Shown here piece by piece: positions 13,390 through 27,808 of a DNA stretch of 64,000 nt. Location of the stretch: positions 111,104,001 to 111,168,000 of the forward strand of contig OX597820.1 in NCBI GenBank assembly GCA_951406725.2, given 5' to 3'. Origin of the DNA: Octopus vulgaris (Eukaryota). Each line of letters begins with the position of its first letter. The first letter of the stretch is position 1. Under the pieces are notes generated by a model. That model was not told where the DNA came from. It saw only the letters and a program-made list of their open reading frames with translations, and did no database searches. The position numbers were made by a program, and so were the translations under genes.

Positions 13390-13535
13390 TGTTTTCATCT
13401 ACCAAATACACTCACAAGACTTTGGTCGGCCCGAGGTTATAGTAGAAGACACTCGCCCAATGTGTCACGCAGTGGGACTGAACCCGGAACCATGTAGTCG
13501 GGAAGAGAGATTATCACACAGCCACGCCTGCGCCT
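13390..13535 (-). mobile_element. SINE family C, 5' half
   Basis: Reverse complement of the family C head and core (AGGCGCAGGCGTGGCTGTGTG...GGTTCAGTCCCACTGCG). Confidence 0.8.
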
Positions 13536-13690
13536 AAATAAATATATAGAGAGAGAGGGAGAGAGAGAGAAGGAGATCCATGTGTCGAATTCTGTACCTG
13601 CAATTATAGAAACAAGTGATATGTATACATGTGGGTTCACATACACTCGCATATACGCATATACGCGCGCGCACACACATACACAGGTAT

Positions 13691-13725
<35 letters not shown>

Positions 13726-14014
13726 ATGAAGTATTTTCTTTCAGCAGTATAATGGCTGATGTGCTAGAATTTATGTTTATATTTCAATGGAGTAACATGA
13801 GTGGTTTAAAGTAAACGCAATTCGCCATTGTAACCTGTTACTTTGAAGGCGAGGCTAATTGTTCCCTCAAGTTGGAATTTGAAACTAAACCAGTAATTGG
13901 TGTGGCTTCCTTCTTCTCTATCAAACAAATATCCACACCGCCGCCGCCACCATCGCAGTTACCTCATCTTTACCTTTACTGCATTCGTAATTCATCTACG
14001 ATATATTGTTAATG

Positions 14015-14250
14015 TGATGAGCTGGCAGAACGGTTAGCACACCGGGCGAAATGCGTAGCTGTATTTTGTCTGCCGTTACGTTCTGAGTTTAAATTCCGCC
14101 GAGGTCGACTTTGCCTTTCATCCTTTCGGGGTCGATTAAATAAGTACCAGTTACGCACTGGGGTCGATATAATCGACTTAATCCGTTTGTCTGACCTTGT
14201 TTGTCCTCTCTGTGTTTAGCCCCTTGTGGGTAGTAAAGAAATAGGTATTT
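14015..14250 (+). mobile_element. SINE family B copy
   Basis: Near identical to 3291-3530. Confidence 0.85.
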
Positions 14251-14440
14251 TTCAGGGTCTTTGCTTTCTGGATTTAAACACTGCTGAAGTCAAATTTACC
14301 TTTAATCTTTTCGTGATCGACAAAATAAAGTACCAGTCAAGTACTGTGTATACACACTCACATATCTATAAATATATACGTGAACATATATAAATATATG
14401 TTTATAAAAATATTCACACACACACACACGTGTGTATGTA

Positions 14441-14478
<38 letters not shown>

Positions 14479-14845
14479 CACACTCACATATTTATACATA
14501 TATACGCGCACATAAACATACACTTATTTAGATATAAAGCAATGATGTGATGATATGTGTATATATGTGTGTGTGTGTGTGTGTATGAAACGCGGGGTAG
14601 ATAAAACAGGGGACAGCTGATGAAAGGATTGTTCTTTATGTTGCCTGTCTCGTTTCTCTGTTTGTTTCTTTCTTTTTCCGAATAAAAGATCGTTTTCCAT
14701 GTTTTTGTTTTTTATGTTCCCGTTTCTCATTTTGTTCACATTTTTTATGTCTTGTACCCATATATGCATGTATATATACATATATATGTAGGTATGTACA
14801 TATATGTATGTATATATGCATATGTATTCATATATATTATTTATA

Positions 14846-16449
<1,604 letters not shown>

Positions 16450-16682
16450 GGGTAAAATTAATTAATTAATAATTAATAATTCCAAGTAGTGATTCGGTAT
16501 GTAAAAGAGTTGTTTCTTACAGTAGAAGAAATAGCTAGTTTTTTTTTTGGGGGGGGGGGGCTGCTATTTCTAAAGTTCGGTGTGCGGTGAAGTAAATTAT
16601 TTTGCCTAACCCTTATTATAATATATATATACATATAAATGTATGTATGTATGCATGTATATATGTATGCATGTATGCATGC

Positions 16683-16715
<33 letters not shown>

Positions 16716-17254
16716 TGTATGTATGTATGTATAAATATATGTAAACAAATATCTATACACTTATACTATATGCACTCACATTTGCATATGAGCATATACA
16801 TATATTAGATGGAAAAATGCGAGCATGAAAAGTCATATTCTTCAGATTATAAACTTGGAAAAGTACAGGACAAGTTATTACACCTGTAAAAGTATAGGAC
16901 AAGCTATTACTTGTAGTAATGTAAAGAATAAGAAACTTTTTACTTAAAGAATGCCAGTTCTTCTAATTTATCACTCTTTACAGTATTCATCTTCTAAATT
17001 TATTGTACAAAAAAGTTCAGCTAATATGTAAGTTTTTCTAATTAGTCACTTTTTTCTGTATTTAAGGTAGTAAATTAGCCAAATTCTACTTAAATAAGTA
17101 CAGTGTTATTTGTAAACTATAATAAAATAATTTTTAATATTCAAAATGTAATTTTAGCTGCAATATTTTACGTAAAAAATTTCTTGTTCTTTACTTTACT
17201 GAAGGATTAAAATTAGTCAATAAAAGAATAAAAGAATATATTTATATATTATTC

Positions 17255-17352
17255 TATTCTTTTATTTGTTTCAGTCATTTTACTGCGACCATACTGGAGC
17301 ACCGCCTTTAGTCGAACAAATTGACCCCAGGACTTATTCTTTCTAAGCCTAG
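17255..17352 (-). mobile_element. SINE family C, 3' tail fragment
   Basis: Reverse complement of GGCGGTGCTCCAGTATGGTCGCAG..AAATGACTGAAACAA. Confidence 0.75.
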
Positions 17353-17378
17353 TATACATACATACATACATACATACA

Positions 17379-17409
<31 letters not shown>

Positions 17410-17655
17410 GCGCGCGCGTGTGTGTGTGTGGGTGTGTGTGTATGTGTGTATGTGTATGTATATATATATATATTAATGTTTGCTTTTATCTTCAGTTATA
17501 ATTAAAAGCAAATCTTACATTAATATAATAGGTTACTCCAAACTTTTGTAGAGTACAAATTCATTATTCTTATACAAGAATGGTGTTGACAGTGACTTTG
17601 AAGTCTCGCCCAGCTAAGTCATCGTGGCTAATGTACATACATATGTATGTAAGTT

Positions 17656-17687
<32 letters not shown>

Positions 17688-19305
17688 TGTATGTATGTAT
17701 GTATGTATGTATGTATGTATGTATGTATGTATGTATGTATGTATGTATGTATGTATTCTAATTTATAAACGATTGTTGTTATTATCTATTTCTTTGTCTG
17801 CACTGACAGAACTGACGATTCTAACGGCGTTCCAGTCATTTCCTTCCCGCCTATTATAGACAGTACATTCTGCAATGTGCACACCAACTGCGTAGGCGAT
17901 ACCTTATTTCTCGAAGTATTAATAGGTACTATGGTAAGACACATTCCACCTAAATGTTATTAAATATAAAGCGGGTGGCATAATTCACTGTTGTAAACAC
18001 GAAGAGTTTTATGGCATTGGTCCGTGGTGACTTTTGCTGAATGTAAATGTTTTTTTCAAGGAAAAGCTACTTAAGCGAAACCATCGTCTTAAGTAGAAAC
18101 GGGGATTCATTTTCCTGGTGCTTAACATTTTAGGAAATTGAGTTAAGCAGCAGTAGCAATGACAGCAGTAGCAATGGCAGCGTAGCAATGGCAGCAGTAG
18201 CAATGGCAGTAGTAGCAATGGCAGTAGTAGCAATGGCAGCAGTAGCAGCAGCCTGTGGGAGTTTAGGGTTTATTGAAACTACCTCACAAAACTTGCCAAT
18301 GACATAAATATGGCAATCACCCGTAGACCAATAAATAAGTTTCTAACACGCTGAACAGCGATGCGATTTCAACATTCGATCAAAGCATCATGACGATAAA
18401 ATCTTTAATCATGGGTACATTATATCAGAGTTATCCTTTGGCTAAACAACAACCACAGCAGCAGCAACATTCCTGGAAATAATACTTTCTTTAGTGTTGA
18501 CTTCATGTCCCCAGCGGTGTGTTGACGTTTGTGTTATTAGTGTAGCCTAAACTAGTTCGACACCTCAACGATTTGTGATCGAATCCAGTAGACACTTTTG
18601 ATTTTTAGTTCTCAATTTTCCATAAGAACAAGTACCAGTGATGTCTAGTTCCAGGTTAGGCTCCACTGAGCTAATCTATGATCAAAGGTATTCCAGTCAT
18701 GACCATTCTGTCATTTTAGCCGTATGTGTAATAAGGACTACATTTTCTAACGGCGTTCTAGCTGTGGCTCTTTCGCCTTTTTTTTATATGCATGGAAATC
18801 TGGACTATATAAACAAACAACTTTCAGGGTGTGACTCTCCCGTCTTTTTCTTATATACAAGGAACCAACAAAAGAAACCCACGACCACATTTTCCAACGT
18901 GTCTTACCTAAAGGAGTGGGAAGGGGTTTGAGAAAGATCCAACTTTTATTTCTAGTTGAATCCATCAAAAAGAATAGAAATAAAGAAGACGAAAGAAGGA
19001 GAAATGAAATAGAAGAAAAAGAAGTAAGAAGAATGGGGAAGAAGGTAAGAAAGAAAGAATTATCAGTGTTACGTTAATTACAATTATACGCATCGATGTG
19101 AGCATGCGCGAAAACTGATGTAGTGAAGACAACGAAAGAAATGGAAATCAACAACAGCGACAACAACAACAACAACAGAAAAGACGAAAGCGAAACTACG
19201 TAAACATGGTACAATTAAAGTGTAAATAATATTGATTTCTTAAGGATAAGGACACACCATAATGTGAAAATAATGTCAACTAAAGGATGGTGGGATCACA
19301 ACCGC

Positions 19306-19329
19306 AACAGCAGCAGCAGCAGCAGTAGC

Positions 19330-19387
<58 letters not shown>

Positions 19388-19860
19388 GTAGTAGTAGTAG
19401 GAGGAGGAGGAGGAGGAGGGTTGTAGTAATTGTCGTAGAGGAGGAAGAAAAGAAGGAGGAGGAATGGGAGTAGGAATAGGTGAGGTGGAGGTAGTGGTCA
19501 TGGGGGTGCTGGTAATGACGCTGGTGCTAGTGCTGGTACTGGGGTGGAGATGATGTTACTGGAAGAGGAAGAATTTCGATTGAAGACTTTATTACGTGAA
19601 CAAATGTTCCGGAACCCTGCCACCGCCACCACCGCCACCACCGCCACCACCACCACCAACAACAACAACCTGAACTATCGTAATCATTATTATTTTACCA
19701 TAATCAGCACCACTATCATCACAAAAGAAGCACCAACCACAACAACAACCACGTCTGCCACCATCATTATCACACCTACTATTCATATCCTTACAAATAT
19801 CCCCACCACAGCCACAAATACCATCACCACCACCACCACCACTGCTACCACTACTATTAC
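19306..19860. repeat. Compound trinucleotide low-complexity region (AGC, AGT, AGG, GGT, ACC)
   Basis: Adjacent imperfect trinucleotide runs. Confidence 0.85.
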
Positions 19861-20359
19861 CTCAGCCTCAATTAGCAAAAATATATGGCTGCCATTTCAG
19901 ATGAAGTGATTAATATCGATTACGGTGAAGTAGGCAGAGGTCAACTGTTCATTGGAATACGAATATATTGCATAATTAAGTTATCGTTAACATAGTTAAC
20001 GTTGGGAACTTCCAAAAAATAACTGAAAATAATTGTGGTGAGGAAGAAATAGTATTAATCAATGACTCATTCTATGATACATTTATTATAGTAAGTAAAG
20101 AGGACACTTTTGGTTATATTATGACCTCATCAGCAAAATATAATATTCACCTTTTATTTTTGACTAGATTTGGAAGCACTTTATTTTGACTTGGCACAAA
20201 AGCCCTTTCTTTTTCATTATGCGCGAACGCATACGCGCGCGCGCGCACACACACACACATATTTTTATGCATATATCTGTATATGTATCTATGTATATGT
20301 ATGCATGCATGTATGTATATATATATATATATACATGTGTAGATTTCAGTATATATGTA

Positions 20360-20409
<50 letters not shown>

Positions 20410-20413
<4 letters not shown>

Positions 20414-20608
20414 TGTATTTTTACCTTGTTAACAATTAACACGGAAAAAATAAATAAATAGTTACCAGGGTAGCAAAAAATCTCACAAGTAAAGAGGTTG
20501 TAACTCATTGTTTATAAAGGTAGAAACTTCGGGTTTACGTGGAATTTTTTGTATAATATATGAATAAATAAATGGAGTTTAACGCAGGTAAACTCCATTT
20601 ATTTATTC

Positions 20609-20612
<4 letters not shown>
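20410..20612 (-). mobile_element. Insert related to 50862-51040, ending in a 24-bp snap-back hairpin
   Basis: Shares GGGTAGCAAA, GTGGAATTTTT and AATGGAGTT with 50862-51040; hairpin ATATGAATAAATAAATGGAGTTTA-acgcagg-TAAACTCCATTTATTTATTCATAT. Confidence 0.6.
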
Positions 20613-20639
<27 letters not shown>

Positions 20640-21654
20640 TATGTATGGTATGTACTCATGTACTAGGTACATATGATATATGTGTATATATATACATATA
20701 AATCATCTTGCCCCCTCCCCTCTCACTCCTTTCATGCTACTTACACCTGCTGATTTCTATCAGTCCTTTCTATCGTTCGCTTTCTTGTAAAATTGTCACT
20801 AGCCATACACATTCACTTTTTTATATTTCGATCGAAACTCTTTTTGTAATTTTCTGGTATGCTATTCTCTGATCGTTTTTGTTTCGTTAATATTATCTAT
20901 TCATCAGTGTTTATGGTGCCTGGTACCAGTCTTTGTCTCTGTCCTGTGTATTTTCAGTTTTAAAACTTGACTTTATTTTGCTTTGTCTTTTACGCTAGCA
21001 CTTTCCAGACTAGCGTTTCCAAGCTTTTTCACCGCATCGAAATTCTAATGACTCTGGATAAAACGGTGGCTGAGGAAATATATGTTTATATACATCATTC
21101 GTAGATGCTATAAAAAACCTAAGAAGACCAAAAGGACGATTAAAGGGTGAAATGGAAAATTGTGGACAACAGGATCAACGGCATTTGAAGCGTGTGCTAA
21201 GATCATGAGGGGTAAAATTTCTTAGTTTAAATATCAGGTATTTCTCTGTAGATCTTCACCGATTAAAAGAACAACATAGTGGACAGAGATGTGTCCGCGT
21301 GAGTTAAATTGACGATATACATTTATTTCCTGTGCGTTAATACAAAGATCTAATAAGTGCACCAGAAACGTCTCTTCCATATGACGATACGCTTCGCCTA
21401 AGTATTTAAGATAGCTTGAGGGAAAAATTAGATAAGGACCAAATGTTTTTGCTAGCCCTCACGGAATGACGAGGCCCATGCCATTGACATTTAAACTGAA
21501 GAAACTTTGTGAGTGTGAGTTAACGATTAAAGGAAACATTATTTTCAGAGAGACAGCTCCAGAAGTTTGCATTATGGTAGTGTAGATGACATGTAGAATG
21601 GTTCGGAGCATTTTTAGTTCTGAGAATCAAAATTCGTAGTAATAAAAAGTGACA

Positions 21655-21686
21655 AAGAAAGAAAGAAAGAAAGAAAGAATGAATGA

Positions 21687-21730
<44 letters not shown>

Positions 21731-21823
21731 ATGAAAGAAAAAAAAGAGAGTAAGAAAGAAAGAGAGAAAGAAAGAAAGAAAGAGAGAGAGTAAGAAAGAA
21801 AGAAATAAAGAAAGAAAGAGAGT

Positions 21824-21859
<36 letters not shown>

Positions 21860-21863
21860 GAGT

Positions 21864-21911
<48 letters not shown>

Positions 21912-21943
21912 GAGTAAGAAAGAAAGAAAGAAAGAAAGAGAGT

Positions 21944-21987
<44 letters not shown>

Positions 21988-21991
21988 GAGT

Positions 21992-22051
<60 letters not shown>

Positions 22052-22151
22052 GAGAAAGAAAGAATGAAAGAAAGAGAGTAAGAAAGAAAGAATGAAAGAA
22101 AGAGAGTAAGAAAGAAAGAAATAAAGAAAGAGAGAAAAAGAGAAAGAGAGT

Positions 22152-22195
<44 letters not shown>

Positions 22196-22258
22196 ATGAA
22201 AGAAAGAGAGTAAGAAAGAAGAATGAAAGAAAGAGAGTAAGAAAGAAAGAGAGAGAAA

Positions 22259-22318
<60 letters not shown>

Positions 22319-22380
22319 GAGTAAGAAAGAAAGAAAGAAAAAAGAAAGAGAGTAGGAAAGAAAGAAAGAAAGAAAGAAAG

Positions 22381-22411
<31 letters not shown>

Positions 22412-22415
22412 GAGT

Positions 22416-22463
<48 letters not shown>

Positions 22464-22495
22464 GAGAAGAAAGAAAGAAAGAAAGAAAGAAAGAG

Positions 22496-22526
<31 letters not shown>

Positions 22527-22624
22527 GAGAAAGAAAGAAAGAAAGAAAGAGAGTAAGAAAGAAAGAAAGAAAGAAAGAGAAAGAAAGAAAGAAAGAAAGA
22601 AAGAGAGAAAGAAAGAAAGAGAGT

Positions 22625-22676
<52 letters not shown>

Positions 22677-22714
22677 GAGTAAGAAAGAAAGAAAGAAAGA
22701 AAAGAAAGAAAGAG

Positions 22715-22757
<43 letters not shown>

Positions 22758-22846
22758 GAGTAAGAAAGAGAGAAAGAAAGAAAGAATGAATGAATGAAAG
22801 AGAGAAAGAAAGAAAGACTGAAAGAAAGAAAGAAAGAAAGAAAGAG

Positions 22847-22877
<31 letters not shown>

Positions 22878-22982
22878 GAGTAAGAAAGAAAGAAATAAAG
22901 AAAGAGAGAAAGAGAGAAAGAGAGTAAAAAAGAAAGAAATAAAGAAAGAGAGAAAGAGAGTAAGAAAGAAAGAAAGAAAGAG

Positions 22983-23025
<43 letters not shown>

Positions 23026-23110
23026 GAGTAAGTAAGAAAGAAAGAAAGAAAGAAAGAAAGAACGAAAGAAATAAAGAAAGAAGGAAAGAAAGAAAGAGAG
23101 AAATGAAATG
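21655..23110 (+). repeat. About 1.45-kb (GAAA)n polypurine tract with recurrent GAGAGTAA variants
   Basis: Directly visible. Confidence 0.95.
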
Positions 23111-23365
23111 AAGAAAAGTTGTATTACTATTTTCTGATTTCCTTATATTTTTCTGTCTCAGCCTGCTGCTATATCTCTTTCACTCTCTCCCCACTCTCTC
23201 TCCCTCTCTCTCTTTCTCTCCTCCTTCTCTCTCTCTCCTTCTTCTCTCTTTCTACCTCTCTCTTCCTCTGGCACGTACGCCAATATTTAACGAAATTAGG
23301 ATCCTAGTCATACTCACCCATACACATAATACGTGTTACACCCAAACACACACAACACGCACACA

Positions 23366-23401
<36 letters not shown>

Positions 23402-23547
23402 GATAGCACAGACATGTGTGCGCAATGGTTTCATCAGAAATCGCAAAAACAGAGAGTCATTCTCCCGATCGTCCGTTCTCTCGTTTTTTCTCTGACATGT
23501 GCAACAGCATCGCACAGAAATATCTTCTTTACAGTCATAAGTACACG

Positions 23548-23586
<39 letters not shown>

Positions 23587-23962
23587 TGCATGCATCTGAA
23601 ATCGTGACCATTGTTGCGTCGTTGTCCCGAACCGACACTTTTCCTTTTCTGTAATGCACATCAATATTTATCGAAATAAAAGAGCTCTTACTCACACCCA
23701 TTCATTTTCTTACACAGACGGTCCTCTTCCAGCTTCGGAAGACTCGAATCATTCTATGACTTCTCTCCTCCTCTTCCTCCTCCTCTTCCTCCTCCTCTTC
23801 CTCCTCCTCCTCCTCCTCCTCATCATCATCATTATCACTATCATCATCGTTATCGTCGCCATTATCTTCTTCTTCTTCCTCCTCCTCCTATTTTATGTAT
23901 TTCATATTCAGGAATTTATACATGTATATATAAATACGCACACGCACACACACACACAAATT

Positions 23963-24021
<59 letters not shown>

Positions 24022-24023
<2 letters not shown>

Positions 24024-24242
24024 AGTTAATCCAAACATGAAAACACAAAGAGAAGACACAACAACGCGAGGACGTGGAACAAATATAGTATTATTGGACG
24101 CTCAGGAAAGAAGGAAAGAAGGAGGGTTTAACGTTTCGAGCGGAGCTCTTCGTCGGAAACATAGGAAAAGGAAAGGTCCAGAGAAGGGAAGACAGGGGAA
24201 AAAAAATCGCCAACGGTACAGACGCGGTCACATTTTGAATGA

Positions 24243-24245
<3 letters not shown>
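24022..24245 (-). mobile_element. Solo Penelope-type pseudo-LTR, family P2, with hammerhead (24126-24160)
   Basis: Minus: gttt-CCGACGAA-GAGC-TCC-GCTC-GAAAC-GTT-aaac; homologous to 39125-39245, 49258-49460 and 57900-58100; between (TA)n tracts. Confidence 0.8.
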
Positions 24246-24281
<36 letters not shown>

Positions 24282-24300
24282 AACACACACACATATATGT

Positions 24301-24349
<49 letters not shown>

Positions 24350-24452
24350 CCTTCTCCCCTCCCGATAGGCTCCATCCACCCACACCTAACCCCACTGCCC
24401 CTCCCTACAACCCCTTCTCCCCTCCCGATAGTCTCCATCCACCTACACCTAA

Positions 24453-27104
24453 CCCTACTGCCCCCCCCAACCACCCCCACACACCTCCCCAATCCCTCCC
24501 CCTCAGACCTCCACGAGACCTACCACCCCTCCTACTTCTATTCCACCCACCCCTTCTCCACTTCCGTCTGTTGTTACCATTCCCTCCGATCTTCCCCTCT
24601 CTGCGGCTGAACGCTCAGTCCTTGGTAGGGGTCTGCGTTTCATCCCCCTCACTCCATCCTGTAAGGTATTCCAGACGCGAGTTGATGTCCACAGCTTTGT
24701 GCGCCGTGTCCGGTTGGGTGCGCATTACCACGACTCGCCACCCACACCCAACGAAGAGGACTGCTTCACTGGCCTGGGCCGCCGACCATCCCCGTGGACG
24801 CCTGCCCCTGGCCAGATCCTAGCAGTGGTTCTTTTCGCGGGCGCTTGTCAGCGTGCATTGGAGCGGTTCAACTTCTCCAGGCGCCAACGCCGCCTCAACA
24901 TCTCCCCGGCTGAGCTCTTGGCTCTTCGTTCCCTTCAACGGCGCGCTGACATTATCATCAAACCGGCTGACAAGGGTGGAGCTGTAGTGGTGTGGCGCGC
25001 GGACCTCTATAGGGCCGAGGCTTTCCGCCAACTCAATGACACCTCCTTCTATTCCCCTCTGCCCTCTAACCCCACACGTAGCTACCAACAGACGGTATCC
25101 TCTACTGTCCACGACCTCATCTCGTCCTCCCGTCTCCCCCGCACCGCATCCAACCTAATTGTGCGAACCCCACGTACCCCCACCATTTACTTCCTCCCCA
25201 AAATCCACAAACCCAACAACCCTGGCCGCCCCATCGTCTCCGCCTGTAACTGCCCCACGGAGCTCATCTCTAAATACCTCGACCGTGTCCTTGCCCCCCT
25301 AGTGGCATCTCTTCCCTCCCACATCCACGATACCAACCATGCTCTCCGGCTTTTCAACTCTTTCTCCTTTCCTCCCGGCTCCTCCAAAATCCTTTTTACT
25401 ATGGACATCCAAAGCCTCTATACTGTTATCCCTCACCACGAAGGACTGCAGGCCCTTCGACACTTTCTTGACCTCCGCTCTAACCCTGTACCTGACACCT
25501 CCACACTCATTCGTCTGGCCGAACTTGTCCTTACTCTGAACTGCTTCTCGTTCGCGGGCGAGTTCTACCATCAGGTCTCGGGAGTGGCCATGGGAACGCG
25601 AATGGGCCCCAACTATGTGAACCTGTTCGTTGGCTATGTTGAGGCCCAAATATTCTCTAATTTCCCTGGTCCCACTCCTGAACTATATGGTCGTTACATT
25701 GACGACATTATCGGTGCCACCTCACTCTCCCGCGAACATCTAGATTCCTTCCTCTCTTTCGTCCAATCTTTCCATCCAGCCCTCCACTTCACTTCCACTA
25801 TCTCCAACACCTCTGTCTCCTTCCTCGACATTTCGGTTAGCATTCTTCACTCCACTCTTACCACCTCCATTCCCTACAAACACACAGACTCACACTCATA
25901 CCTCAACTTCTCTTCCTCCCACCCAGAACACACCAAGCTTTCCATCCCCTATTCCCAATTCCTCCGTCTACGTAGGCTCTGTAGTGACGACCATGACTTT
26001 GAGACTCAGTCTCAACGTATGGCTCACCACTTCACCCTACGTGGATACCCCCTCACCACTATCCACACCGCCCTTGCCAGAGCACGGTCCGTGGACCGTG
26101 TATCTGCTCTCTCTCCCCGAACCCGCCCTGTAGTCTCCCGCCTCCCTTTTCCCCTCACTTACCACCCCACGACCCTACGTCTCCAACGCACCATTCTTCG
26201 AGCTTTCCGCCATCTCCAGTCCGACCCGTCCACTTCACACCTCTTCCCTAACCGACCCCTCCCCTCTTTCAAACGAGCCCACAACCTTCGAGACCTTTTG
26301 GTCCATAGCTCCTTCTCTGACCCTACCTCCCAACCCGGCTCGTTCCCCTGCTCCCGCCCACGTTGCCGCACTTGCCCTTACCTCTCCAACACCACCCGCC
26401 TCACTAGCACCCACCATCGACCCTATCCCATCATCCATTCCTTCACCTGCACCTCCAGCAATATTATCTATTGCATCTCTTGCTCTCTCTGCAATTCCTT
26501 GTACATCGGACAAACGGGACGCCGCTTGGCTGACCGGTTCGCGGAACACCTTCGTGACATCCACCTTGCGAACGACACACCGGTCTCACGCCATTTCCTC
26601 TCCACCGGTCACTCCTTGCAACACCTATCTGTGTTCGGTTTGTCCTTACACAGAGGCCATCCGGATTCCCGTTTGCGCCGTGAACAGGAATTAATCTTCT
26701 CTCTTCGCTCTTATACGCCATTTGGTCTCAACTCTCCCCCCTCTTCACCTATCCCTTCCCCCGACCCCTACTTCTTCAGTCCTTCATCCTTTCACCCCTA
26801 CTCCCCTTCCCTTCTTCCCTCTTTCTCCCTCCCTCCTTCCCTCTTCCCCTTCCCTCTGCTCCCTCACTCCCTCACTCCCCTTCTCTCTCCCCCTCTCCCT
26901 CTTTCCTCCTTCCTCCCCCCTCCTCCCCTTCCTTCTCCCCCTCCTCTCTCTCTCCCCCATCCTCTCCTCTTCCACCCTCTCCTCCCCCTCTTCTTCCCCT
27001 CCCCTTCTCTCCCCCCTCTTCTCCCCCTCCCCCTCTTCTCCTCACTACACCACACGACTTTACACATCACATCATATATGATGTGCCATACTAATACGTA
27101 CTAA
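24453..27104 (+). CDS. PLE reverse transcriptase plus GIY-YIG endonuclease (open frame; no native start in view)
   Basis: Frame is open from 24453 and includes LSAAERSVLGRGLRFIP upstream of the track's GTG start at 24699. Motifs: IIIKPADKG, LPKIHK..GRPIVS, DIQSLYT, GVAMG, RYIDD, FLDI, SIPYSQFLRLRRLCS, Cys linker CSRPRCRTC, IIYCISCSLC..YIGQT, EH, GLN. Confidence 0.88.
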   Translation, partial: PYCPPQPPPHTSPIPPPQTSTRPTTPPTSIPPTPSPLPSVVTIPSDLPLSAAERSVLGRGLRFIPLTPSCKVFQTRVDVHSFVRRVRLGAHYHDSPPTPNEEDCFTGLGRRPSPWTPAPGQILAVVLFAGACQRALERFNFSRRQRRLNISPAELLALRSLQRRADIIIKPADKGGAVVVWRADLYRAEAFRQLNDTSFYSPLPSNPTRSYQQTVSSTVHDLISSSRLPRTASNLIVRTPRTPTIYFLPKIHKPNNPGRPIVSACNCPTELISKYLDRVLAPLVASLPSHIHDTNHALRLFNSFSFPPGSSKILFTMDIQSLYTVIPHHEGLQALRHFLDLRSNPVPDTSTLIRLAELVLTLNCFSFAGEFYHQVSGVAMGTRMGPNYVNLFVGYVEAQIFSNFPGPTPELYGRYIDDIIGATSLSREHLDSFLSFVQSFHPALHFTSTISNTSVSFLDISVSILHSTLTTSIPYKHTDSHSYLNFSSSHPEHTKLSIPYSQFLRLRRLCSDDHDFETQSQRMAHHFTLRGYPLTTIHTALARARSVDRVSALSPRTRPVVSRLPFPLTYHPTTLRLQRTILRAFRHLQSDPSTSHLFPNRPLPSFKRAHNLRDLLVHSSFSDPTSQPGSFPCSRPRCRTCPYLSNTTRLTSTHHRPYPIIHSFTCTSSNIIYCISCSLCNSLYIGQTGRRLADRFAEHLRDIHLANDTPVSRHFLSTGHSLQHLSVFGLSLHRGHPDSRLRREQELIFSLRSYTPFGLNSPPSSPIPSPDPYFFSPSSFHPYSPSLLPSFSLPPSLFPFPLLPHSLTPLLSPPLPLSSFLPPPPLPSPPPLSLPHPLLFHPLLPLFFPSPSLPPLLPLPLFSSLHHTTLHITSYMMCHTNTY

Positions 27105-27575
27105 TACATACTAATACATACTAATACATACACCAACCCTATACATACACACGTCCAGACCCCTCATACGCACTTATACTCTCTCATACACACACACACA
27201 CTTATACATACTAATACGTACTAATACATACTAATACATACTAATACATACACCAACCCCATACATACGCACGTCCAGACCAATCCTACGCACTAATACT
27301 CTCTCATACACACACACACACACACACCCTTATACATACTAATACATACATCAACCCTATACATACACACGTCCAGACCCCTCCTACGCACTAATAGCTG
27401 GTCCTTCAACCCTATTATCAACCCTATTATCAACCCTATTATCTCCCCTTATTTCGCTCTCGCGTCTCATGTTTGATCTCTGACCTCTGGCCGAAATCAG
27501 ATCGCCATGTTGATTCGTTAGTTACTGCACGCATTTTTTTCTCTCCTTCTTTCTGTGTTTTTTTCTCTCTGTGTA

Positions 27576-27613
27576 TCTTTCTGTTGAAGAGCGTAGGCTC
27601 GAAACGTTAAAGA
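27576..27613 (+). ncRNA. Minimal type I hammerhead-like motif in the PLE terminal repeat
   Basis: Stem I tcttt/aaaga; core CTGTTGAA (A6 replaced by U); stem II GAGC/GCTC; GAAA; palindromic stem III ACGT; GUU triplet. Confidence 0.7.
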
Positions 27614-27710
27614 CTTGTTTTATTTATATTTCCTGAGCGCCATACTAATACAATTGTTCGTTTGTTTTCCACCTGCCTTCGTCTTTTGTCTATTTTCATA
27701 AAGCTTCCCG

Positions 27711-27804
<94 letters not shown>

Positions 27805-27808
<4 letters not shown>

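Larger units (their letters stand above)
24346..27712 (+). mobile_element. Penelope-like element (Neptune-like), 5'-truncated, inserted in (TA)n
   Basis: RT plus GIY-YIG ORF, C-rich sense strand, 3' UTR with ~120-bp tandem (about 27085-27395) and terminal repeat with hammerhead; (TA)n on both sides. Confidence 0.92.

Noticed and set aside
14585-14640. Type II hammerhead (GAAAC...GTA...CTGATGA); similar order at 28064-28097
   Set aside because: Stems I and II do not pair convincingly.
24037-24822. 261-aa ORF as a PLE ORF1
   Set aside because: Chimeric reading through an antisense terminal repeat, (TA)n and an alternative frame of the RT gene.
27085-27395. CRISPR-like repeat array
   Set aside because: Tandem duplication in a PLE 3' UTR without unique spacers; eukaryotic context; no cas genes.
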